A stretch of 30,462 nt of DNA from Ginkgo biloba (lineage: Eukaryota > Plantae > Ginkgophyta), in contig JANKJI020000002.1 of the NCBI GenBank assembly GCA_024626585.2, positions 53,904,085 to 53,934,546 of the forward strand. The letters run 5' to 3'. Made by a program: the position numbers and the translations under genes. Positions 1 through 11,204 of the stretch are shown here, in pieces. Within the stretch, counting starts at the first letter, position 1. Every line of letters starts with the position of its first letter. The notes below the pieces were generated by a model. That model had not been told where the DNA came from, did no database searches, and saw only the letters and a program-made list of their open reading frames with translations.

Positions 1-1296
1 TCTCCTTGTTGGTAGCATCAACATCACTACAAGGTTCATCATCACTTACATTCATCCCACCATGTTGCTCACACTTTTGACTTGATACAAAATATTGAAA
101 GATCAAAACATATATTGTATCCAAGGAGGTTGCCTCTTCACATCCCATGCAGGTTCCAAACATGATGTGAATCGAGCTCTAAGTAGGTCAAATGAGGTTG
201 AGTGGCTATCTTAATTGAGAGAATGGCCTCTATAGCTTGTGGCTATGAGATGCGTATGTCTCTTAATTTGCTTTTGTATGGTATTCTCATCACTCCTTTA
301 ATCATGTTAATTATGGAGGTAAGCAGTGCTTATCAATTTTGATCCTTGTGATCCACATGGTAGTTTTTGAGCCTCACAATTACTTTGTTGTGTAGTATTT
401 TTTGAGCAATGACTTGGAGAATGGGGAGCCATAAATAATTAATCAATTTAACTACTAGATTATAAATGTCATAATATTTTTTTAAAGTGTTGCAAACTGG
501 AATGATCTCTATTTCCTACTCTTATGGACTGCACTGATGTGTGCTTTGCTTGTTTTCCCTTCTCTCACTAAGATCTTTCCTTTTCCTTTCTCCCTAACAA
601 CTCTCCAAAACTGAAGAAGAAATTAAAATGCATTCTCAAACCTCCACATATAATTCATTTGGTCTGTCTTCCTTCATTAGGTGTCTTGTTGGAGAACATG
701 GATTAGAAGTGAAAACTTTTATGTGTGTATTTGGACTGTGAAGTTTTCCGGCCCTTTGAGAGCATATACACATGGTTGTTTGAATCCATTGCTTGACCAT
801 CTACAATGCTAAAAACTATCAATGGAGATACTCACCTCCTCAACACCACATTTGGAAAAGATATTAGTAATTACAGTAATAAGAAGTTGGAAGACAAGAA
901 CAGTAGAAGGAACAGGAGGAAATGACCAGTGAAAGAACGCATGAGAAAAGATGTCTCTGATGAGAACAAAAGCGAAAAATGAATGGCCTCTAGACTTGTC
1001 TCAATCAATCATATTGTAACCAACATCATAAGCAAAGGTCTGTTGAATATGATCAAAGGAAATTTCTGCGTACAATTAAATGCACCATTGCCACTTCTAG
1101 GATACTACATTAGTGGCTGCTGGAGAAGGTCATACGCCCAAAATGCCACCTGTGTTGGGTGGCAACTAATGGACTGCCCCTGGCATCTTTTGCCCATTCA
1201 TATCTAGGTTGCTCTTTAGTCAATGTGTTGGCTATAGTCCTTTCTCAGTAACCAAATGTTTGTTTATGCGTGCAAAAATACAAACCTGGAATGTAG

Positions 1297-1540
1297 GAAC
1301 TGACTGCTTTGTTCCTTCTCAGGGGCATATTTATATAGTTCCATTCAATGGATATAAAGAACATACATACACGTCACACGCACGTATGCATTTGTGTGCA
1401 CACGAGTCTCTGTGTATGTGGGTAAAACATTGAACTGACTGCTTTGTTCCATTCAATGGATATAAAGAACATACACACACATCACACGCACGTATGCATT
1501 TGTGTGTGCACGAGTCTCTGTGTATGTGGGTAAAAAATTG
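1297..1540. repeat. Recent tandem duplication (about 135 bp and 108 bp copies)
   Basis: GAACTGACTGCTTTGTTCC...GTGTATGTGGGTAAAA occurs twice, starting at 1297 and 1432, with few substitutions. Copy 2 lacks 27 bp. Confidence 0.95.
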
Positions 1541-3149
1541 TGCAAAGTCAAAATCATAAATCTGGGGACTCTTGAAAGAAGATCACTAGTTTACCCAGAG
1601 CATTCCTTGTATATATGGTCTTATGGTCTCCCTTTCAGACCCTATTCANNNNNNNNNNNNNNNNNNNNNNNNNNNNNNNNNNNNNNNNNNNNNNNTTTAG
1701 TATGGCACCTGCCGTCTAATGCCTCTAGTTTGGGAATCTGTTATGATGGTTTGACCTGAGCAAACAAATGTTGAGATATCTCACATGTACAAATTGCTTC
1801 CTCTTATGTATTTATTGCAAAGTAATTCAGTCAACTTGCTGGGAGTGCTTACCAATGTCTGGATCAAAGATGAACAATAAGTACCCAGACCGTTCTGATT
1901 TATATAAACTAGGTGTTATTCTAGATAATCTTTTCTATACTTCTCTGGAAAACTGAAAACTCGAGGAACCAGGCGTCAAAAGCATCCAGCGTATGGTACT
2001 TGAAATGGTTTTGTGAATCCAAACCATGAACAAAGGGGGGCACCCTTGTTTCAGCAATGGATATCAAGTTACACTTCTGGGCTAAGTTGCTTCAATGGGT
2101 CCATGAATCTCAAACTTGCTGCTGCAGCCTCTTATGAGCATTGAGTTGGTATGGGCCAAGGTTTTGATGGGCACAGTTATTTGAAAGGCTATACTCTCCA
2201 CAGTGGAGAAGAGTACAGTGTTGACTCCATTGGAGTCACATTAGTGATGACTGAGGTGAACATAATGCAAGACAGCTATAGACTAAACCTACTTCTTTTG
2301 TGTTCAGATTTGTTAAATAGCAGTGAGTTGTTATTTTTAGATATATATTATTTTGTCATTACACTTAAAAATAAGTTGCATATGCTACACTTCTAGCAGC
2401 TTTTGCTTATATCTTTTCCATCTTGTTTCTTGAAGATGTGCATTTGATTGTGACTTATCACATCTATTTTATATGGTCACCTTGCATTGTTCTAGCATCA
2501 TCTCACTTATTTTTCACCTTCCTTCCATGTTGATCACTTTACATGTATTTTGACGCCTTCATATTTTGCTTTGCTTTGAGGCTTTATCTTATCTCTTCTT
2601 GCAATTTTCAATATCTTCCTTTATTACTGGACCTATAATCAATCCTGCCACAATCCTTGAAATGCATTGTTGCATCATGCTTAACAATATTGGATTCAAA
2701 TGTTCAGATGGCCAACTCATGTGCAGGGAAAGCAACAACTTAAGGCAGTTCTAATAATCTTCAAGTTTCTTGTTTGGTGTCTTCGAATTTCGTGGTGGAT
2801 TAGAAGCATGCTCTGTGCTTGTGTGAATTATTCAACTTATCAACAGCCTAGTCTGTCTTGTGTAGGACTATGAGCTACACTCTACCTGCTTCTGTCTTTA
2901 TGCAATTACAACCTTCTGACCTATTCCTATGACAGCATAATTGCCAGATTTCGTTGAAAGACCCATATGCTATTGAAATCCATGTCTCTGCATTGATGGA
3001 GGCCTTACCTGACATTTTACTTCATACTAAAAGTATACAAAACTAATTTTACTTGTCAATGCTAAGGAATTTAATTGCTGAGAGATTTGCTCTAGCCATG
3101 GGATTGTTTCATCATAACTCAAATTTTGTATTATTGCCAGTAAGAAATA

Positions 3150-4089
3150 CTATACAAACAATCCCTCAAGATCAAAATGAAAATGATCTAGAGGCCATTA
3201 CAAGGATGGTCCAAAAATTAGGGAATAATTTCATCTCCCTCCAAGGACAAATGGGGACTCAGGACACCCCTACAAGAGGTCTTGCATACTAAATATACAA
3301 TTGACCTAGGGTAAATAATCAAGAGCAATTGTCAACTAGTGGTATAGTTGTTCAGATTAATATATGTGGCGTTGCATTAGTTATTTGGTATAGAGTGCAT
3401 AGCATTATAAAGCATGGTGATCTAGAATGTCTAGAATTCTACAATGCCTTTGAGGCAATTTATAAGGATTTAGGGGGATATAGTCCTAGTCAATCCGAGC
3501 TAAGAGAACATAATCCTAGTACTACCATAGTTTTTTATACTATAAGCTTTCCTGCTCAAGAAGACAATGATCCAAAAGAGGATATGGATGAAGTACAAAC
3601 CTTTCAACAGTACCCAAAGGGCATATATCTATTAAGAAATAGAACCAGGGAGCTAAACACCATGTTCACACCCCCTGACAATGTCATAACTCCTCCAGAC
3701 CCCATTGCCAACAAGAACCCTCCTCCCCCAAAGGGAAGGAATATCACTGCCACTCCTAAAGTAATGGAGGACCACAAAAGGGGAGGTTACAACATTATCG
3801 AAGATATGAAGAAGATAAGAGAAAATATTACTTTGCATGAGCTTGCCCAAATAACTACACAAAGAGAATTACTACTCAAATCCCTCACTAAAGAATTGCA
3901 TGTCCTAAAGAAGAAAATGCTGGCCTATACTAACTTGGAAATCCATAAAGGAAAAGTTGAGGTTCCTCCCTTTTTGTTAACTATTATGATTTTTGGAAAG
4001 AACCTATATAATTATTTGGTTGACTCAAGGACATCTGCTAATGTCATGCCTATAGAGAGAGAGACCACTATCAATTTAACCCCCACACA
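3150..4089 (+). mobile_element. Ty3/gypsy (Tat/Ogre-like) gag C-terminus and N-terminal half of aspartic protease, degenerate
   Basis: ORF 3329-4156 contains YNIIEDMKKIRENITLHELAQITTQRELLLKSL and EVPPFLLTIMIFGKNLYNYLVDSRTSANVMP (a degenerate LxDSGASxNxMP protease active site). The 5' boundary is approximate. Confidence 0.8.
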
Positions 4090-4467
4090 TTATGGACAAT
4101 TCACTTTGATGGAGCTCACTCAAGACAAGGCACTAGGGAAGGAGTGTCACTCATAGATCCTCAAGGTAAACACCACTTGATCACATTCCATCTATTATTC
4201 CCTTGCACTAATAATTTTCCTGAGTATGAGGCTTATGTTATGGGACTATATTTTTCTTTAAAACTTAGTGTCCAGTGCTTACGGGACTTTGGGGATTCAA
4301 AATTAATAATTAATCAATTGAAGAACAAATTCCAATGTAAGTTATCGAGATTAAGGAAATATAAATAGAGGGTAAGCGATTTGATTAAGTCTATTAAGGC
4401 GTTCAATGTCACTCTCATTCCTAGGGAAAATAACAAAGTTACAAATGTGTTGGCCACTTCAGCGATA
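4090..4467 (+). mobile_element. Additional (archaeal-type) RNase H domain of a Tat/Ogre Ty3/gypsy element, pseudogenised
   Basis: One frame gives LWTIHFDGAHSRQGTREGVSLIDPQG...CTNNFPEYEAYVMGL...FGDSKLIINQL...*...IPRENNKVTNVLATSA. The FDGA, EYEA and GDS catalytic motifs are present, the last Asp is replaced by Asn, and there is an internal TAG at 4366-4368. Confidence 0.9.
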
Positions 4468-5109
4468 ATTTTGGCATTCTTGAACTGAAATGAACACAAT
4501 GAGTTCACAGTCGAATTCATCCCNNNNNNNNNNNNNNNNNNNNNNNNNNNNNNNNNNNNNNNNNNNNNNNNNNNNNNNNNNNNNNNNNNNNNNNNNNNNN
4601 NNNNNNNNNNNNNNNNNNNNNNNAAAGAGCAAGAGAATAAAGCTTCACAAAGATAATTTGGACAAGTACAAAATATCTCTACTAATCCACAATAATGATA
4701 TGTATAATTCATAATAATTTGGATTGAAAATATTATAATATATAATTTATCCAAATATATAAAATATCAAAGACGTGAGAACATGGGGAAAAGGATATTA
4801 TATATAAAAAAACTTAGCCAAACCTAACTAGATTCTAAATAGGAACATGTCATGCATGCTTCAATAAACCTATGATAACCTAATACATAAATGGTAAGGG
4901 GAACAATAGCATTATTATAAATAGTAAAATTCATTTTCACACATAATTCCCTAAATTAGCCAATAGTTAATAAAATAAAGAGAGTGAGAGAAAAGATAGT
5001 GGGAGAGAACCTAACATAGTATAAAATCTCTAATAAATTATAAATGNNNNNNNNNNNNNNNNNNNNNNNNNNNNNNNNNNNNNNNNNNNNNNNNNNNNNN
5101 NNNNNNNNN

Positions 5110-6410
5110 TGGTTTGTATGGAACATCACTTCCTCCCTCCTAGGGAAGAAATGAACCCTATTTCTTGATCCATAAGATGTAAAAAATCCTTCTTCAACCT
5201 ATCCAAAGGTACCCACCTTACTTGGTGTTGGTATTGACTCTTCCTTCCAAAAAGGGAATATTATAAATCAAACATGGAAAATATAGTACTTATAATAAGT
5301 AATGATGATTTATAGGCCTATTTCATTATTTTCTCTAATTTTGGTTCACTATATCTCCCTCTTATTGCCAAAATAAACTTCCTAGAAGCTTTTATAACCT
5401 ATTTTTCCTTCATACTAGAAACCAAAGTATTTAACATAGGAATTGGAACCATATTGAGGATGAAATTTTATCCATATTTTATCATCTCACATTTTCTCAA
5501 ATAAGGAATGAGTGTGGACTTCATGTCATTCAAAAATAGAATTCCTAATAAGACACTAGTGTAATCCATGGGAACTTTTTCATAAGTAACCTCATCAATG
5601 AACTCCTTAATGATCATAAATTTAAAAGAACACTTATGTATAATTCAATCACTATCCTCCTTATTTATTCCACTATTCCCATAAGGATTAAGACACTCCT
5701 CAATGTATAATCTCAATTCCTTGATTAAACTAGTTGAAACTAAGTTCTTTTCGCTACCACTATCAAGAATAAATGAAACTTCTCTATCCTTAATATGTTT
5801 TCATAATGTTAAAAGAACTTACCTATATAATTTATCACCCTTGTTATTGATAAGAGTTATATATGGTTTTGTCTCATTCAAATTGATAATCAAATCTCTC
5901 CATTTCTTCTTTCCTCCATACTTTCATTGATGTAGTGATTTCAATGCCTTCTATGGATGAACCTTGTATCAATGTTCCTCTTCATATCCTTTATTACCAT
6001 AATGTTATCACATCCTTGAACAATCATTCTTATTCTTCCTTGAGGAAGATTCCTTCTTCTTTCCAGACTCTCTCTTTCTCTTACCTCTATTGCTAGAAGG
6101 AGTGCTAGAAGATTTGAATGGGGAGGATGATGTAGATGAGGTATTTAAGACGAGATAAACCTTATTCTTAAGATTTAAATTTAATGTTATTAAATCTTTC
6201 TCCCTAGCTTCAATCTTGGAAAAAATCCCACATGCCTCTTATAGGTTAGGAATAGGAAATATTTCCAATTAATGCCTAATATTATTATGTAAACCTTTAA
6301 AAAACTTGAGTATCATATTGATGTTTGGTTCCTTTACATCTAACCAAATTATGATATCTTGATACTCCTCATAGTATTCTTATAGACCCCATCGTTTCTC
6401 TTTCCTTTGA
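5110..6410 (-). mobile_element. CRM-like Ty3/gypsy remnant: gag, protease, polyprotein C-terminus, PPT and 3' LTR start, with RT/RH/INT absent
   Basis: The minus strand gives FILDSGSEKNLVSTSLIKEL (DSG at 5756-5764) and FIDEVTYEKVPMDYTSVLLGILFL, then VRWVPLDRLKKDFLHL...LGGRK*. PPT AGGAGGGAGGAAG (5129-5141) abuts TGATG at 5128. Confidence 0.78.
5129..5141 (-). promoter_or_regulatory. Polypurine tract (PPT) adjoining the 3' LTR start
   Basis: AGGAGGGAGGAAG is immediately followed by TGATGT on the minus strand. Confidence 0.75.
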
Positions 6411-8284
6411 TTATGCAGCTTTACAACTTTTGTATGTTGAAAATTTGTATTTCTCTGTGTGCATGCATGCAATGGGTATGCGGGTTTACACACATGAGGA
6501 TTAAATGTGCACATTGATGCAATGCAGAAGCAAAACACTATAATTAAATGACTAACATGACCAATGTCTGTTGATTGGAGCCCTAAGACGTCCTCTCCTT
6601 AATTAACAATGGTAGTGAGAATATAGTAATGACAGATCTCGTCGTTTGAGCAATGGCCATAGTCTTTCTCTTGGCACCTGCATTTGGAGGATACCTGATG
6701 CTGTATTTGTCTCCAAAAGATAAAATTCAAAACGTTGTCCCTTCTGTTGTTTGCTTGCTAAGAGGTTGAAATAATGGAGGGGAAGCACCTGCTGTGTTCT
6801 TGTTAACAGTCAAAACTCTGGAAGAAATGTTATCTGCTTCTTTTTGTTTGTTGTCTTCTCTCATTATGCCGAGAGAAAGAAATCTGAGCTTGTAGCAGGT
6901 GGCAATTCCTTGTTTAAGCTAACACATATTTTGTTCAAAGTTCACTTTGTGCAAGTGAGCACTAATATAGTTCCTGTTGGCATATGATCTCCCAAGGTAT
7001 ATCATGTTTCCCAACATTCAAATAAGGTTATTTTTCGTATGTTCAAATTTTTGTAACATTAAATTTGCATGATGATTTCCATATGCCTTTGGCATCCACA
7101 CAGTACACTCAATATGCAGCTTGAGGAGGAAGAAATTGTCAGTACATATTGTGTTAATGAAAACAATGACCCCAGCATCTGGGATTATATATGTGCCATA
7201 AATTGTAGCCATGTCCTTGACAACATATTTGTCATACACATGAAGGCAACCGTCCATATTNNNNNNNNNNCCTAGTTTAGATCTGCTTTCTCCATATTAT
7301 TTTATATATTTTCATATATAAATTAGACAGCTCTAGTTTTTGAATCTCTTCATTTTTTCCCCCTGTTAGATTATGCTTAGACAAGCATGCGTAACGGGTG
7401 CCTGGTTGCCAAGCATATCATGATATACTGATGCTCAAATGGTGGGGAGTAAAGAACTGGCAGACAAATAGTTTACAATCTTTGAAAAGTGTTCAACATC
7501 TCAGCACAAAGAAACACCCAAATGTTGTCCAAATCTATGGCAGTACAATTGAAACCTCAGCCACAAATGTGCTGATCGTTTTCCAAACTCAACATTAATC
7601 TTACCTTGAAGGCTTGCTTTCTCTGAAAGGAAAGGTAGCATTAATTTTCAATGCATTGATTATAAGCTTTAAGGTATGCTGATTTTCAGAACAGAATTTG
7701 ACAAGGCATGCACATTGCTGTTCCACGTCTGCTTAGCTGCTCTAAATCTTACTTGCCACCACTGCCAAAGGTGTGCTTGTGATTGTTCAAAACTATGTAC
7801 TCACATGAGTACATGTTGCTTAGACCTGCAAATACACTTAATAATTCATAAGAGAGTGACTCTAGTAATGCATTGAAAAGTGGAAAATAACCATGAACAT
7901 GTAGTGAAAACCCATACACAACACAATTAAACTTGTTAATTTATGTTAATTGTTAATAAAATGCATTAATTTGTAGGTTAGCAATAAAGAGACTATTAGA
8001 TAAGGGTCGACTTGCAACAGGGACTTCCAACACCTTTTGNNNNNNNNNNNNNNNNNNNNNTGGGACTTAGTTAATGTGGACAACCAAACCTTTGGCACAT
8101 AAATACAACCGTCAGTGCCCAACAACTACTAGAGATATGCAAACTCTAGCCCCCAACCCCACATAGTAAGAATGCTAGGCGTAGGTCATTATGACCCCTC
8201 TTTGGCGTCAAGATGACCCTAGATAGCTAGGTATCCATCCCCTATTGATAGCTAAAGGTTTTTGGTACAATAAACCTTAGGTGT

Positions 8285-8430
8285 ACACCAATAGGCCCTA
8301 ACCAGAAACCCTATCAATTCCAAAAACACTATGGATGCACCTACAGACCATAAGTCATGGCTACACCAATAGTGATTCAGTCGATGACTACACCAATAGC
8401 CATAGACCCTACAACCACACCAATAGAAAT
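8285..8430. repeat. Degenerate 27-bp minisatellite
   Basis: ACACCAATAG occurs at 8285, 8363, 8390 and 8417. The last three are exactly 27 bp apart. Confidence 0.7.
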
Positions 8431-9507
8431 TGCACGAACATCCATCCAACTAAGACATAGAAAAATGCCAACTGCCAATACCCTAAATTAACTCATGCAA
8501 GCGCAAACATGAAACCTCATAATGAGGTGCCTAAAGCAAAGATTGTAGATATCCCAAAAGGTCTCTAGGCAAAGCCTCTACTGCCCTAGATAAAGATGCT
8601 AGGGTTTCTGCAATGTAGGTTGGAAAATTTTAGAATTTGTATGAAAAAATACTTACAGCATTTACTATTCATTATTACACCATAAATACTTGCAAACATA
8701 ACATATAGGGTTTAGTCTCCAACACCTAAAATTAGGGCTTAGCTCATTCCAAAAATCATTTACAAAGTAAAAATATAATTATGTTCTAAAACTATAGAAA
8801 TCTCATTAACATATGGTATCTAGAAATTAACAACATTGCTAGGATTCAAAAATTACTTATAGACTTAAGAACTTACCCATAGTATGTCATGTTGATGTTG
8901 CATAATACCTTGATCCAAAACTACTTAAATCGGCTTGTAAAAGTGTTGCAATTTGCTATGGAGGCCAAACTCTATAGAATTTGTAGTGAGAATCCAATTG
9001 TTGAGCTAGAATAAGGCCTGTGACTTACTGTAAGGGTTGCCTATACCCAAAAATGAGGTCAATCTTCATGCAAACACCTGCAATAAAGTTGCCCTAGCTT
9101 GAAGGAAGAGATTTGAGCAATGACTCTGTAAAAATATCCGCTGAAAAATCATTACAATAAAAAAAAGGTCTAACACTAAAGTATGCAAAAGTAGTAGTAG
9201 CAAAAATCAACAACTTTTATAGTTAAGTTCTTCTAGTCGGAATGAAGAAAATTAGAGAAAGACAAAGAGGAGACAACTTGTAGAGAGTATATAGAATGAT
9301 AACCTAAGAGTTGTTTAAACCTAGACAATCCCCTACTTATACAAATATTCTAAGCACAATCCACCACATAGTTGTTGAGCCTAACCTTGGAATCGTTCTA
9401 TACCCTANNNNNNNNNNNNNNNNNNNNNNNNNNNNNNNNNNNNNNNNNNNNNNNNNNNNNNNNNNNNNNNNNNNNNNNNNNNNNNNNNNNNNNNNNNNNN
9501 NNNNNNN

Positions 9508-10100
9508 TTTCTATTATTAAAGTTTCTCATGGTATTGTCAAACAATATCCTCATAGTTTTAACTTGTAGGAATATTACCAAAAACTTGTGTTGATTCCTT
9601 ATTTGGACCTATCATCCTCCCTACTTAAGTTATAACTTAATTCACAAGGGAAAGTAATAAATAAATTTAAAATATTGTACATCTATGCTCTAAAAATAAT
9701 TCATTTATCCTAGTTTGGGTCATTAAATAGAAATCCATTTTCATGTGTGCAAAAGTATAAGAATTGGATACACCCAAGTTATTTTGTAGCTTAAAATAAA
9801 GTTTCCTCTCTACTTCTTAGTGTTGACATTTATGTTTATCAAGATGATATGATCTATATCAATCTAATTATCTTGATAGACATATTAGAAAAATTCTCTT
9901 AGGTCAAATTATAGAAGCACTGCATATGTTTCCCTTAGAGCCATGGTTTTCTTCTTATGCATTATGAATTTTTCTATCTGTGATGTTCATTTTCATAACT
10001 ATGAGGAACACCATTTTCCCAATGCCATGCCTTTCTCTTAAGTCTTTTGGAAACTCAAGATTTATATTTTTCTTAAATCCCAAACTTAGTCCTTTAACTA
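9508..10100 (-). mobile_element. Probable 3' end of another Ty3/gypsy element (PPT and LTR start)
   Basis: AAGTAGGGAGGA (9615-9626) is followed by TGATAG at 9614 on the minus strand, the same arrangement as at 5128. The upstream coding sequence is too decayed to translate convincingly. Confidence 0.4.
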
Positions 10101-10636
10101 ACATGTGGAGCGATGTGACCTACAGATAATAAAAATAGAGAAGATACATTGTAAATAAATCAAATAATATATAATAACTTGTGAATTCAATAATCAAATC
10201 CCCACTTGGTTTCAATTATAAATTTGCAAGTCACAATTTAATAATTGGATACTTGATTTATAAATCTCAATCTCCAACTTTCAAATTCTTCTATTATCTT
10301 CTATTATGTGAGAATCATCTCAATACAATATTTTATAGGAAAACCCTAAGATAGTAACCCTAGTTCTAAATTAGAAAGTGGTTTTAAAGTACTTTCTTTG
10401 ATTAACCAACAACTCCAAAAATAAACAATCACTTATTCTAGGAAATAGGTTCTATCCTAATGAATGGTGATTGTAGGGTGTGCAACCTTAGACCAATCAC
10501 AAACTAGATAATTACATAATTATCCTTCTTCTAATTATTTAATTCCTCAAATAATTGATTTGTCAATCTAAGTGAATCATATGGCCTTAGTTGCATAAAC
10601 CTTACAAAATAATGAGTAATTTAATTAATATATTGA

Positions 10637-10688
10637 TAATTGTTAGTCATATTAAATAACATCAAAGCTAATTGTTAGTCATATTAAA
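10637..10688. repeat. 20-bp direct repeat, period 32
   Basis: TAATTGTTAGTCATATTAAA occurs at 10637 and 10669. Confidence 0.9.
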
Positions 10689-10704
10689 AGTATTAGATTA
10701 TTAA

Positions 10705-11204
10705 ATGAGGAATCATTATACATTCCATTTCAAAATCAACATGATGAAAATTTAAGAAAAAGGCCCCCAAATGGGCCATATTGGTGGAATCGGGGTTCCC
10801 TAGGCTACTTGAAACACGATATGAAGGATTTTTGTGATTTACCTTCAAGAGGAACCAAATGCTCTTAAGTGGAAAATAGTTATTACAAAAGTAATGCAAT
10901 GACAATTTTGAGAAAATTGCCCAAAATTATCCAAAAGTGGACATACTAGGGAAATTTAGCCTTCCTCATCTATCTTAGATACAATATGAGGAGGTTTCAT
11001 ATTTTCTATATACTAGAGAAGAAAAATACTAAACAATTGAGTGGAAAATCATCATACATTCCATTTTAGAAGCTTTGTAATTATAATTTTGAGAAAAATG
11101 CCCAAAATGGGCCATAATGATAATTAGGGGAATTGAGGTTTCCCTAACCATATTTGATACAATATGATGAAATTTTATGCTATTCCACCTCTTTGAGAAA
11201 GAAA
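10705..11204. repeat. Degenerate tandem repeat, about 168-bp monomer (3 copies)
   Basis: AGAAAA..GCCC recurs at about 10755, 10911 and 11092, each followed by a ..ACAATATGA-like block. AATCAT.ATACATTCCATTT at 10711 and 11047 gives a 336-bp period. Confidence 0.7.

Noticed and set aside
1-470. Possible retroelement fragment at the window start
   Set aside because: No convincing domain motif could be translated.
7018-7257. ORF with faint PPR-like phrases (GCLHVYDK, IIPDA)
   Set aside because: There is no 35-aa periodicity or further motif support.
7796-7815. 9-bp perfect inverted repeat ATGTACTCA-CA-TGAGTACAT
   Set aside because: It is too short and isolated to distinguish from chance.
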